DNA of 64,000 bases from IMG/VR virus record IMGVR_UViG_3300031867_000021, positions 43,603 to 107,602 of that record; one strand, written 5' to 3'. The notes beneath the pieces are model-generated. The model worked only from the letters and a program-made list of their open reading frames with translations. It searched no databases and was not told the DNA's origin. This DNA comes from a virus. Its lineage: Duplodnaviria; Caudoviricetes. Made by a program: the position numbers and the translations under genes. Below, piece by piece: positions 37,573 to 46,569 of this stretch; positions within the stretch are counted from its first letter, which is position 1, and each line of letters opens with the position of its first letter.

Positions 37573-38108
37573 TCCAGATCACCTTCCTCTTCATCCTGCC
37601 AGCCGTCTTCCTCAAAATCGGCCACGTTATACTCCACGGCTTTCTTCCGGGGAATTCTGGCGCCGCACTTCGGGCAGATCACCCACTGGGGATCCTTGGT
37701 CTGCTTCTTGTCCTTGTCTTTCTTTGCCTTGACATCAAAGCCGAAAACAGACATATCGAAGGATCCCATGAGGCTGTCCAGCTCGGAAATCAGAAGCCCG
37801 GTATCCCATGAGGCGAACTCGCCCGTCTTGTTATCAGCGAGCTGGAACGCTTTCAGCTGCTTCTCGGTCAGTTGGTCGGCCACCACGCACGGAACTTCAT
37901 CCATGCCCAGCTCAATCGCGGCCATTAAACGGGTATGCCCCGCGGCCACATGCCCTTCCGCATCGATCACAATCGGCACCCTGAACCCGAACGCTTCAAT
38001 AGAAGCCTTGACCCCCGGAACAGCCGCGTCATTTTTTCGCGGATTGTTTGGGTCTGGAATCAGGTCCGTCACGTGCCAGTTCGTGACCTCAATCCTTTCC
38101 TGTCTCAT
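37569..38108 (-). CDS. ParB N-terminal domain protein with CPKCG
   Basis: NNPRKND, FGFRVPI, AGHTR, LADNK. Confidence 0.85.
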   Translation of the reverse strand: MRQERIEVTNWHVTDLIPDPNNPRKNDAAVPGVKASIEAFGFRVPIVIDAEGHVAAGHTRLMAAIELGMDEVPCVVADQLTEKQLKAFQLADNKTGEFASWDTGLLISELDSLMGSFDMSVFGFDVKAKKDKDKKQTKDPQWVICPKCGARIPRKKAVEYNVADFEEDGWQDEEEGDLE

Positions 38109-38193
38109 TTTTGCCTCCTAACAGTCCTTTTGGATAACAAAAAACTCCGCGATTGGTGAATCCGCGGAGTGCGTCGCCGGAAATCCGGCATCA

Positions 38194-39084
38194 TCAGTGA
38201 TTATCGATTGAGATTACGGTCAGAACAGTGTACCCGGCTCCAATCAGCAGCTCGCGCATTGCCTTAACCGTCTGGCCCGTCGTCAGGATATCATCATAAA
38301 GGATGACGTTCTTTTCCTTGGGCCATTTCTGGATGGTGAAAGTTGGATCAATCCGCATCCGGTTTTTGCAGGTCGCCGCATCGGCATAGAATGGAATTCT
38401 AAGCTCCTGCGCTATATATTCACAGACAGCGGTCGCGAAGTGAAAGCCTTCCGCGTGCCGCCGTCTCGGAGAAGTCATCAGACACCAGCCGGATTCTGAC
38501 AGGTTGCCGCCGATTGACGCCCGGATAAAATCCAGGGCGCCTTCCGCAATGAACGGGACGTTGTTCTCAACCTTGATTGCCTCAAGCGGAACACCCTTAT
38601 TGCCTGTCTTCATCAGGCATTGGTAATATTCGCCGTTTGATTTTCTGACCGCCACTCTATCCGACAGGTCGCAGCGCTTTTTGGTTTCGGCCCATTTCTT
38701 TTCCTTCTTGATATCGCCAGAGAAGTCAAAGTCAAAATCAAGCTCTCCCAGATCCAGATCCATCAGCTCTCCAGCCAACAGATCCTTATCCCATGCCGCA
38801 TACTCGGAAGTCTTATTATCAATTAGCCTGTATTCCCGAATCTGTTCTTCCGTCAGGTTCTCCACGACAACACACGGAACTTCTTTCAGGCCAAGCTTTT
38901 TCGCCGCCTGATAACGAGTGTGCCCATTGATGATTGTGCCATCTTTTGTAACCTGAATAGGCGAACGAAACCCATATTCCTTGATTGAGGCCGCTACCGG
39001 GTCAACCGCATCTTTGTTTTTACGAGGATTGTGCTTATAGGGGTGTATCTCATCAATCTTTCTGTAGACGATTTTTTCCGGCAT
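38194..39084 (-). CDS. ParB N-terminal domain fused to phosphoribosyltransferase-like domain
   Basis: NPRKN/NGHTR/LIDNK plus PRPP-binding loop VILYDDILTTGQT. Confidence 0.8.
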   Translation of the reverse strand: MPEKIVYRKIDEIHPYKHNPRKNKDAVDPVAASIKEYGFRSPIQVTKDGTIINGHTRYQAAKKLGLKEVPCVVVENLTEEQIREYRLIDNKTSEYAAWDKDLLAGELMDLDLGELDFDFDFSGDIKKEKKWAETKKRCDLSDRVAVRKSNGEYYQCLMKTGNKGVPLEAIKVENNVPFIAEGALDFIRASIGGNLSESGWCLMTSPRRRHAEGFHFATAVCEYIAQELRIPFYADAATCKNRMRIDPTFTIQKWPKEKNVILYDDILTTGQTVKAMRELLIGAGYTVLTVISIDNH

Positions 39085-39171
39085 TATCAGCCCACCCCCA
39101 CAGAAGAAAACAGACAATGAAAAACCGCAGGAACTTCATCCTGCGGCCTCCCTACACTTCTTGCCGATTAT

Positions 39172-39262
39172 ATTTTAGCACAAGGTTTCCAGCCCGTCAA
39201 TACGCCATTTTCATGCCAAATTCGTGCCAGAATCGTGCCAAAAACGTGCCAAATTTGTGCCA
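39172..39262 (-). promoter_or_regulatory. Late promoter with upstream 11-bp-periodic repeats
   Basis: TTGACG-17-TAAAAT with extended TG; (t/c)gcca at 39203, 39214, 39225, 39236, 39247, 39258. Confidence 0.7.
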
Positions 39263-39265
39263 AGC

Positions 39266-39496
39266 TTATTTTTTTGAAAGTTCTTGAACTAAATCCAGCT
39301 TTTCAAGCCCACCGTTTTTTAAGGTCTCCCGAACCAGAACAATTTTGCCATAGGCGTTCAGCGTGCTCACAATGATCATGTCCAGTGTTACGCCACCTAC
39401 CACGATTGTCATCAGAATCTGCCACCATTCCATTTTTTGTTCCCTCCTGATTTTTGTGGGAAACCAGCGTCCCTTCCCAAGCTCGCTTTCGCTCAC
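39266..39496 (-). CDS. Small membrane protein
   Basis: MEWWQILMTIVVGGVTL hydrophobic segment. Confidence 0.45.
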   Translation of the reverse strand: MSESELGKGRWFPTKIRREQKMEWWQILMTIVVGGVTLDMIIVSTLNAYGKIVLVRETLKNGGLEKLDLVQELSKK

Positions 39497-39555
39497 GCAA
39501 CTACCGCCGATTTTACGTCAGTGCTCGAACAGGCTCACCGCAACCCATGAATTAC

Positions 39556-40059
39556 TTAAGCAGCCATTGCATATATCTTTTCCATGGCCCGATCATAAAT
39601 CCGTTGAACAGACCTCTTGGAACAGGCTTCCTCCCCGTACTGGCTTTTGAACGCAAAAACGATTTTCGCCCAGGGTTGATCATCAAAAACCTTCTGCTCC
39701 ACAGCCAGCTTCTCCCGCTCTGACAGGCCTTCCAGCCACTTGCCCACGCAGGAAACAAGAATCTCCGTCCTCTGCATTTCACCCTGAATTTTGGCGATTT
39801 CCTCTTCCACCTGCTTCACAAAGGGCGTGACCTTGCCCATCGCGATATCCAGCGCGAGATTTCCGACCGGATCCCCGACGGAGGTTCCATGAGGCATCCC
39901 CGTGATGGCCTGACTCATAGACACCCGGTCGCTTATCATCTCCCGCTTGTTTTCATCCAGGGCTTTTTTCAGGATATCAACCTGCGCCTGCAGATACTCA
40001 TGCCTTGCGAGCGTCTGTTTATAATTCTTCAGCATTTCATCAACGGCTTCCCGGGTCAT
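39556..40059 (-). CDS. Late transcriptional activator (RinA/ArpU-like)
   Basis: ITGMPHG..GDP, C-terminal sigma4-like HTH; last early gene before the packaging operon. Confidence 0.7.
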   Translation of the reverse strand: MTREAVDEMLKNYKQTLARHEYLQAQVDILKKALDENKREMISDRVSMSQAITGMPHGTSVGDPVGNLALDIAMGKVTPFVKQVEEEIAKIQGEMQRTEILVSCVGKWLEGLSEREKLAVEQKVFDDQPWAKIVFAFKSQYGEEACSKRSVQRIYDRAMEKIYAMAA

Positions 40060-40081
40060 GCTTGCTTTCCTCCCCTACGCC

Positions 40082-40558
40082 TTAAAAAGGCAGTTCATCA
40101 TCAGGTATCTGAACTTCCTGGAATCCTACCTGTTTCGGCTGAGCAGCCGGCGCAGGATTCTGAGAAGCCGGCATCTGAGTGGTCTGCACAGCTGTGGGAG
40201 CAGCACTCTGAGGAACCGTCTGCGACTGCCCATCCCCCTGATCCCTTGAAGAAAGGAACTCCACCTCATTGGCCAGAACCTCCAAACTTGCCGCTGCCTT
40301 GTGATCCTGAGTCTCATAAGCTCTCGCGCTCACCGGACCAACAACACACACCTTTCTCCCCTTTGACAGATATTTCGCGCAATTTTCACCGAGCTGGCCC
40401 CATGCGGCCACCCGAAAGAAGTCCGCATCATGCGACCCGTCTTGATTGACCTTCCGGCGGCTGACCGCCACAGAGAAGTTGCAAACCGTATCTCCGCTTG
40501 TCAAAGTCCTAACTTCAGGATCTCTCGTAAGATTTCCGATAATCATCAATCGATTCAC
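40082..40558 (-). CDS. ssb: Single-stranded DNA-binding protein
   Basis: MNRLMIIGNLTRDPEVR...DDELPF. Confidence 0.95.
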   Translation of the reverse strand: MNRLMIIGNLTRDPEVRTLTSGDTVCNFSVAVSRRKVNQDGSHDADFFRVAAWGQLGENCAKYLSKGRKVCVVGPVSARAYETQDHKAAASLEVLANEVEFLSSRDQGDGQSQTVPQSAAPTAVQTTQMPASQNPAPAAQPKQVGFQEVQIPDDELPF

Positions 40559-40606
40559 GAATCATTCCTCCGTTTTTCATTGAGTTTTGCCGAAACAACA
40601 AGCTGC

Positions 40607-40918
40607 TTAAATACTGTGCATTTCATCACAATCTTGCTTCATGCCGCAACGGATGCACAGCATTCCGTCAAACGATCCGATTGCCCGACACCTGTTGAAC
40701 AGCACTCTGCATAAATCTTTGAGCTTGTCAGTCTCACTCGGCGCTTCTTTCCGTTCCTCCACCGGCTTCAGAGGACAATTCGGAAAGCGCTTTGTGCTTC
40801 GGTCGAATGAATAACCCCTGTCCTGATGAAGCGCCCAGCAATACGGATAATCCCTACCGTCATCAGAGAACGGGCAATCAAAACAGCTTTGAGGCATCTG
40901 AATGTTTATCTGAATCAT
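40607..40918 (-). CDS. Cys-rich hypothetical protein
   Basis: MPQSCFDCPF...CPL. Confidence 0.5.
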   Translation of the reverse strand: MIQINIQMPQSCFDCPFSDDGRDYPYCWALHQDRGYSFDRSTKRFPNCPLKPVEERKEAPSETDKLKDLCRVLFNRCRAIGSFDGMLCIRCGMKQDCDEMHSI

Positions 40919-40936
40919 TCCGCTTTTCTCCTTCGC

Positions 40937-41221
40937 TTAACCATCGCTTGCCACAGTCTTTGATTCATGGGCTTCACAGTTTTCCCTCTCCGCGCCCTCA
41001 ATGGCCCAGCCCAGATATACAAGAGCCTTTTTCAGATCCTGTATTCCGTCTTTTTTCCGCCACCTGCTGATATACTTGATCACATTCCCGACGCAATATT
41101 CCGTGAAACCTTCCGCCGTGAGTTTATCCCGAATATAGTCAATACATTCAATTTTCCCGGCATAATGTCCAGGATGATTTACTGCATCCATATCAATCTT
41201 CCTCCCTGATGAACTGACCAA
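40937..41221 (-). CDS. DUF3310 protein
   Basis: VNHPGHY..IECIDYI..GNVIKY..QDLKKA. Confidence 0.85.
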   Translation of the reverse strand: MVSSSGRKIDMDAVNHPGHYAGKIECIDYIRDKLTAEGFTEYCVGNVIKYISRWRKKDGIQDLKKALVYLGWAIEGAERENCEAHESKTVASDG

Positions 41222-41630
41222 ACTTTTTACGATAAACCGCGATCATGTTTGGGAACGGCGCGTTGTATTTCGCTCCGCCGAACTTCAACCGTCCCTTGAT
41301 GAACCTGATTTCCGCTTTCCCGATCACATAATCATGAAACCATCTTGTATCTGTTCTGGCCGGAATCAGCATCACAATCACTTCCGCATTGTTCCGCTCT
41401 TCGTAGGCCTTCCTGACCCACTCATCCAAAGCGGGACCATAAGGCGGATTCACGAATACCCGGTACCCTCCCCACGGCTGCTTCAAACCGTCTTCCTTGC
41501 TCGTGTAATGATTCCTGCACAGAGCATTCGAGTCCGTGGAAGCCGGATCCAGATCAAAATGGAATTCCTTATCGAGCTGACTGAACAGTCCAGCCGGAGT
41601 GCTCCACTCAGACGTTTTGCTCGCCGCCAT
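41193..41630 (-). CDS. Phage DNA N6-adenine methyltransferase (Dam-like)
   Basis: WSTP, FDLDPA, NPPYG, PARTDTRWFH. Confidence 0.9.
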   Translation of the reverse strand: MAASKTSEWSTPAGLFSQLDKEFHFDLDPASTDSNALCRNHYTSKEDGLKQPWGGYRVFVNPPYGPALDEWVRKAYEERNNAEVIVMLIPARTDTRWFHDYVIGKAEIRFIKGRLKFGGAKYNAPFPNMIAVYRKKFGQFIREED

Positions 41631-41658
41631 ATAACCGCCGCTCAATCGCTCTTCCCTC

Positions 41659-42072
41659 CTACCGTCCGGTGCTGCCGAACCCTCTGTCCCCTCTGGCAGT
41701 CTCCGTATCGAACTTATCCACGACCTCAACGCCGTCCAGCAGAACCGGAAAAACCACAAGCTGGCTAATTTTGTCCTTTTTCCGAATCAGGTATCCTTCT
41801 TTTCCGTGGTTGTACAGCTTGACCCGAATGCTCCCCTGATATCCGGCATCAATCACGCCCTCGCTGGTAATGCAATGATTCACATTCAGGCCGCTCTTAC
41901 TCTTCAGGAAACCTACAAAACCTTCCGGGATCTCAACATGCACCCCGGTGTCAATCGTCCTGCTGTCCCCGGCCGGAATCAGCAGATCCCTCGGTGACAG
42001 AATATCCAATCCCGCGTCCAATTCATGCGCCCTCACCGGAAGAAATGCGCCCTCATCCAGCACAACTCTCAT
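41659..42072 (-). CDS. dut: dUTPase
   Basis: DAGLD, KSKSGL, GVIDAGYQG, RGDRGFGSTG. Confidence 0.95.
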   Translation of the reverse strand: MRVVLDEGAFLPVRAHELDAGLDILSPRDLLIPAGDSRTIDTGVHVEIPEGFVGFLKSKSGLNVNHCITSEGVIDAGYQGSIRVKLYNHGKEGYLIRKKDKISQLVVFPVLLDGVEVVDKFDTETARGDRGFGSTGR

Positions 42073-42404
42073 TTTGCACTTCCTCCCGTCAATTCATTTA
42101 CGAGCTTCTGCTTCTGCTCTTCCGTCCATCCATCCTTGAGCATCCCAACCGTGTTCAGGAACCTCTGGAACTCTTTGCCAAGATTATCGTCTGTTCCATA
42201 CAGATAATCACTGCAAATTCCAAGCGCTTCCGCAATTTTCTGAATCGCGTCACTTCTCGGAACCCGAACACCCTGCGAGTAACGGCTGACCGTCTGTGAT
42301 GATGTTTCTATGATGTCCGCAAGCTCCCATTGCTTTATGCCGGCCTTCTTCAAGGCTTTCTTGAATCGCGCTCTGTTGATGATCATTTGTCTTTCTTCCT
42401 CCAC
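42069..42404 (-). CDS. XRE HTH regulator
   Basis: QWELADII..TVSRY..IAEALG..SDYLYG. Confidence 0.8.
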   Translation of the reverse strand: MEEERQMIINRARFKKALKKAGIKQWELADIIETSSQTVSRYSQGVRVPRSDAIQKIAEALGICSDYLYGTDDNLGKEFQRFLNTVGMLKDGWTEEQKQKLVNELTGGSAK

Positions 42405-42775
42405 TCACACTTTGGGATCGGCTCATCGGTTATCTGTATCGGCGGATAACTGTCAACGCCTTTTCCTTCAGGATTCTCAGCGAGATGAATCTGATAGCGG
42501 ATTGCCTGATACAGGTTATAAAGCCTGTACCATTCGTCATCCTTCACAATTTGCTCCCTGTACGGGAAGATCGCATTAAAGGCCATTCGCAGGTACCCAT
42601 TGGCAACATCCCGCCGCTTGCAGAACTCGTCGCATCCGATCATCCCATAGATCCCATCCAGGACAGCCCTGCTTATTTCTTCCGGTTGGTCGATTTTCAG
42701 ACGCATCAGCAGCTCGACCGCTTTCAGAACCTCCCTTGCCTGAGCGCTGTTCAGCGTCAACGTATACTCAAACAT
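42383..42775 (-). CDS. Hypothetical protein
   Basis: ORF in the early operon. Confidence 0.5.
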   Translation of the reverse strand: MFEYTLTLNSAQAREVLKAVELLMRLKIDQPEEISRAVLDGIYGMIGCDEFCKRRDVANGYLRMAFNAIFPYREQIVKDDEWYRLYNLYQAIRYQIHLAENPEGKGVDSYPPIQITDEPIPKCEWRKKDK

Positions 42776-42833
42776 AAATGCACTCAGCTTCCTTTCTCTT
42801 CGTCTTCGTCCGGCTTTTTAGCTGTTCTCGCTT

Positions 42834-43490
42834 TCAACTCCACTCTCCAGCCTTTCTCGGCTTTCCGCATGGCTTCAGTTCCGGGCAATGCCCCCTCACG
42901 CATCCAGGGCCCGCATTCTTGAAAATCTCCGGCGCTTTCTTGAGACAGATTTTCAGCATCTTGTCCGCCATCTTCCGAATCTCCCACTGCGCCCGGTTGC
43001 AGGTTCGCAGACTGAAGAAGTGCAGCAGCTCTCTGGCATTCATCGTCATGATCAGCTTTGTCGGCACCGCCTGAGGCGTGACATATCTCGCGTCCTCCGC
43101 GGGAACTCCGGCATCCAGCAGTTTCCGGTAAAGTTCCATGCTTCGGTTCATGCCCTCGATAGCTTCTTCTGCCATTTCTGACTGACGAATGCTTTCAGGA
43201 ATCACAAGCTCGACATTATCCAGCTTTACGTATCTCTGGCTCTGGACATCAAACGAGGCCAGCCTGTGCCGCGTCAGCTGAGCCAATGCGGCTCTGCTGA
43301 GCCCTTCCACCTGAAAACTGAAAACGGCATGTTCCAGAACGCTCGTGTGACCCGCATCAACCGCATGATTCAGAGCCTTCTGCAAGTTCCCGGAATCATA
43401 ACAGATCGCCGCTGCCTGTCCACATAGCTCGGCCGGAAAAGCAGTTGCCCGAATCAGCTCAACCTTCACTCTTCTCCGCCTCCCCGCCAA
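42834..43490 (-). CDS. thyX: FAD-dependent thymidylate synthase
   Basis: GHTSVLEH, RHRLASFDVQSQRY, AEDARY, RAQWEIR. Confidence 0.95.
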   Translation of the reverse strand: MAGRRRRVKVELIRATAFPAELCGQAAAICYDSGNLQKALNHAVDAGHTSVLEHAVFSFQVEGLSRAALAQLTRHRLASFDVQSQRYVKLDNVELVIPESIRQSEMAEEAIEGMNRSMELYRKLLDAGVPAEDARYVTPQAVPTKLIMTMNARELLHFFSLRTCNRAQWEIRKMADKMLKICLKKAPEIFKNAGPGCVRGHCPELKPCGKPRKAGEWS

Positions 43491-43656
43491 GAATTTCGAT
43501 CGCTTCCTCCACGGCCTGCGTTAGGCACTTATATCGCTCTCTTTGCCGCTTGAGGTAATATTCTCTGGCATCGCGCCGAAATTCATCTCTGGCTTCCCCG
43601 AGCCAGTGCAGCATGGTTTCCCGATCCATATCCATCCCTCCCGTTTTAAATTGCAT
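43459..43656 (-). CDS. Hypothetical protein
   Basis: Coupled ORF in the early operon. Confidence 0.45.
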   Translation of the reverse strand: MQFKTGGMDMDRETMLHWLGEARDEFRRDAREYYLKRQRERYKCLTQAVEEAIEILGGEAEKSEG

Positions 43657-43870
43657 AATCCCTTATCTGCCCAACGATTGGATTGAACAGCATCAGCGTC
43701 CCTCCGCATTTTTGCGCGACTTTCTCGGCCTTTTCTCTGTCACGCGTCCGCCATGCGTCATAATAGTCACGGCTCCAGTTCAGATCCCGGATTAAGTAAT
43801 TCCAGCCCACCAGATATTTCCCGTCTTTTGTGACAATCAGGCAGGTTTTCTTCCGCAAATCAACTTGCAT
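43646..43870 (-). CDS. Hypothetical protein
   Basis: Coupled ORF in the early operon. Confidence 0.5.
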   Translation of the reverse strand: MQVDLRKKTCLIVTKDGKYLVGWNYLIRDLNWSRDYYDAWRTRDREKAEKVAQKCGGTLMLFNPIVGQIRDYAI

Positions 43871-43933
43871 CTCTTCCTCTCTTCCTCCAACAGGTCGGAT
43901 AGCGCATCGCCGTGCCGCCTTAATCCGAACCGA

Positions 43934-44290
43934 TCACCCAAAATAAAGCGTATTTTTGACCCCTTTATGGATCTCGATCCTGACCGGCTTATCATCCCCG
44001 GTACAAATCTTTGTGTCGCTGTGAAAATAGCTCAGAAGGTTGGTGACGTCCTCTATCTTCTCCGCGCTCCACTGAGCGTCTTCCTCCCAGAGCTTTTCAT
44101 ATGCAGCAGCCTCTTCCTCCGTCTCCGCGTCCGGGCTGATAATCTGCTGAATTGCCCTCATCAGCTCTCTGACATACTCCTGTGCCACTTCCCGCGTCTC
44201 AGCCTGGACGATGACGGACATATTTTCGATCTGGACCGGATCCTCCTCATTCTCCGGGAGGCTCCTGACCGCAATCCTGAATGGTCTCAT
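43934..44290 (-). CDS. Hypothetical protein
   Basis: ORF with RBS in the early operon. Confidence 0.5.
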   Translation of the reverse strand: MRPFRIAVRSLPENEEDPVQIENMSVIVQAETREVAQEYVRELMRAIQQIISPDAETEEEAAAYEKLWEEDAQWSAEKIEDVTNLLSYFHSDTKICTGDDKPVRIEIHKGVKNTLYFG

Positions 44291-44293
44291 CTC

Positions 44294-44686
44294 TTACACC
44301 TCAATGATCCGAAAACCATACCTGAAAAGCATGAGCTTCCGTTTCAAAACATACTCGCGGGTACAAAATCCTTTCGCGTCTTCAATGACCGTGTCCCCGT
44401 TTTTGTCTTTGTAAACAAAATCGGCAACATACTTCACGGCACACTCGACCACTTTTCCGCGCTCATCTGTCTGCGCCGGAATCAGCTCGAACCCAACCTG
44501 CGTTTTCAGATCGCTGATTTCCCCGGCCCGCTCCAGCCACTTAAGTTCCATATACCGGCGAGCTTCGCGTCTGGAATCAAACACCTGTCCGTCAAGTATC
44601 GTTTTCTTGCTGCCGTACTTTGTCCTCACTCCCGCTGCACCTCCAACAAGTCTGTCTTGATATAACCGACCGAAGTCACACTCCAC
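44294..44686 (-). CDS. DUF1064 PD-(D/E)xK nuclease-like protein
   Basis: KYGSKKT..DG..FDSRREA..YVADFVY..IEDAKG. Confidence 0.88.
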   Translation of the reverse strand: MECDFGRLYQDRLVGGAAGVRTKYGSKKTILDGQVFDSRREARRYMELKWLERAGEISDLKTQVGFELIPAQTDERGKVVECAVKYVADFVYKDKNGDTVIEDAKGFCTREYVLKRKLMLFRYGFRIIEV

Positions 44687-45237
44687 TTCAGATTTTCGGC
44701 GTAAACCGTGACCATGGTTCCTTTCTTCAGCCTCCGCTTGACCTCTCCGTCAATGCATCCTCTGGCCCTCGTCTGCGATTTCAGGATCTTCGCCGGCATA
44801 TTGATCAGCTGCGGCTCGGAATAATCCAGATAACCTTTGCTGACCCACCCGTCACCCTGTTCCGTTGACAGATCAACCAAATGTATCCACTTGCCTTTTG
44901 TCGCTCCGTCTGTCCAGACAGCATCGCCCATGTAGAGATATCCGCCGAGCGTCCCGTTTCTGCTCGGCGTTTCCCGAATCACCACATAGCTTTCCGGGTT
45001 GCAGAGCACCCACATTTGCTCCGGCTCGTCCGCTCTGGCCGCGCCCATCGGCAAAACAGACATCAAGATCGCCAGAATCACCGCAAGCCCCGAAAGGCTC
45101 TTCCTGAGCCTTTTCAGGTACTTCCGATAGTCCCTTTTCAGAAACTCGCTCCCGCTTTTCTGAATCGCTTCCTCAACCCGGCGAATCTCAGCGAGAGTCT
45201 TTGCCCTTTCTTTTGTTTTGTTGACATCAGCGCCCAT
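44626..45237 (-). CDS. Membrane-anchored/secreted SH3-like protein
   Basis: Hydrophobic signal-like segment, then two SH3b-like repeats (GWVSKGYL, GYIKTDLL). Confidence 0.6.
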   Translation of the reverse strand: MGADVNKTKERAKTLAEIRRVEEAIQKSGSEFLKRDYRKYLKRLRKSLSGLAVILAILMSVLPMGAARADEPEQMWVLCNPESYVVIRETPSRNGTLGGYLYMGDAVWTDGATKGKWIHLVDLSTEQGDGWVSKGYLDYSEPQLINMPAKILKSQTRARGCIDGEVKRRLKKGTMVTVYAENLKWSVTSVGYIKTDLLEVQRE

Positions 45238-45240
45238 CTT

Positions 45241-46554
45241 TTACTCCTCTTTCTGTATTGTCGTGAACCTCATATGCGGCTGGTCGAACATCAGAGGCAC
45301 CATGCCGCACCGTCCCTGTCGGTTTTTCTCAATCGTCAGAATCTGAAACTCCGCGTTGCGCTCCTGACATATCTGCCAGAATGCGTGAGCGTCGGTCCCG
45401 GCCTTTGGCTCATCCGGCGCATAAAGCGTGAGGTAAATATTCGCGTCCTGTTCGATAGCTCCAGAATCCCTGGAATCAGCCATGCTCGGCTTTCTTTTTG
45501 CACTTCCGTTTCCTCCCTCACTTCCGCGGTTAAGCTGCGTCAGAGCCAGAATCGGAACTTTCAGTTCCATCGCCAAAAGCTTCAGATCCCGCGATATCTG
45601 CGTGATTTCCTCATACTTGCTGCTCGTCTTCTCATCGGCTTTCAGAAGCTGCAGATAATCGACCACAATCATCTTCAGGCCATCCTCTCTGAGCATAGAG
45701 AGCGCTTCGCGGCGAATCTGCATCGGTGTGCCGAGGCTCGTGGAGATCCTCATCGGAATCTCCGTCATCAAAGGCGCCTGTCCCCAGATTGTCCCAAATT
45801 CCTCCGGCGAAATGCTCCGGTTATCAATCCGCTGCACGTCAATATTGGTGTACTCCGCAACGATTCTGGCAGCGAGCTCTTCGCCCTCCATTTCTCTCGA
45901 CACAACCAGCACCGGCCCGGATTTAGCCGCCACATTGGCCGCCATATAGAGAGCCAGAGCAGATTTGCCAACACCCGGCCTTGCGCCGAGATAAATGAGC
46001 TGGCCCGGTTTGAATCCTCCCGTCAGCCGATCAAGCCCCGCAACCCCGGTCATCACGCCACCTTCGACCTTTTGATCCAGCCTGAGCAGCAGATTCAGAA
46101 TCGCGTCCTTCAGCGTCATGGATTGCGGCTGCTCGACCGTATCATTCACGGCGGCGGCCATTTTGCTGACCTGCTCTTCCGTCTTGACCGACAGATCGCT
46201 GATATGTGAGGCAACATCCACACAGGCTTTCAGGAGCTTTCTGCGTTTCCGCAGATCCATCAGGATCGTCTCATACTGGCCGTAGTTCGCCGCCGTGATA
46301 GCGAGTCGATTCGCTTCCATCAGTTCCGTTCCGACACTGAATCCAAGCTCATGCATCGCCATGGTTACCGTAAGCAGATCGGGTTTCCCCCGCTGCTCAA
46401 TCACCTTGCGAATGCCCTTATAGGCATTAACCGTCTCTTCGTAGGAAAAGACATCCTCCGGGAGGGCGGCAACCTTCTCAGCGGCCTGCTGGTCGATGAA
46501 GGCCATGCCGAGAATCATCAGTTCTGCTTCACGATTTTGTGGAACCTGAAGCAT
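45241..46554 (-). CDS. dnaB: Replicative DNA helicase
   Basis: GARPGVGKS, VDYLQL, TQLNR, RDSGAIEQDA, KNRQG. Confidence 0.95.
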   Translation of the reverse strand: MLQVPQNREAELMILGMAFIDQQAAEKVAALPEDVFSYEETVNAYKGIRKVIEQRGKPDLLTVTMAMHELGFSVGTELMEANRLAITAANYGQYETILMDLRKRRKLLKACVDVASHISDLSVKTEEQVSKMAAAVNDTVEQPQSMTLKDAILNLLLRLDQKVEGGVMTGVAGLDRLTGGFKPGQLIYLGARPGVGKSALALYMAANVAAKSGPVLVVSREMEGEELAARIVAEYTNIDVQRIDNRSISPEEFGTIWGQAPLMTEIPMRISTSLGTPMQIRREALSMLREDGLKMIVVDYLQLLKADEKTSSKYEEITQISRDLKLLAMELKVPILALTQLNRGSEGGNGSAKRKPSMADSRDSGAIEQDANIYLTLYAPDEPKAGTDAHAFWQICQERNAEFQILTIEKNRQGRCGMVPLMFDQPHMRFTTIQKEE

Positions 46555-46569
46555 TTTCCGTCACCTCTC

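Noticed and set aside
39203-39262. CRISPR array
   Set aside because: 11-bp periodic repeats without spacers; no cas genes in the window.
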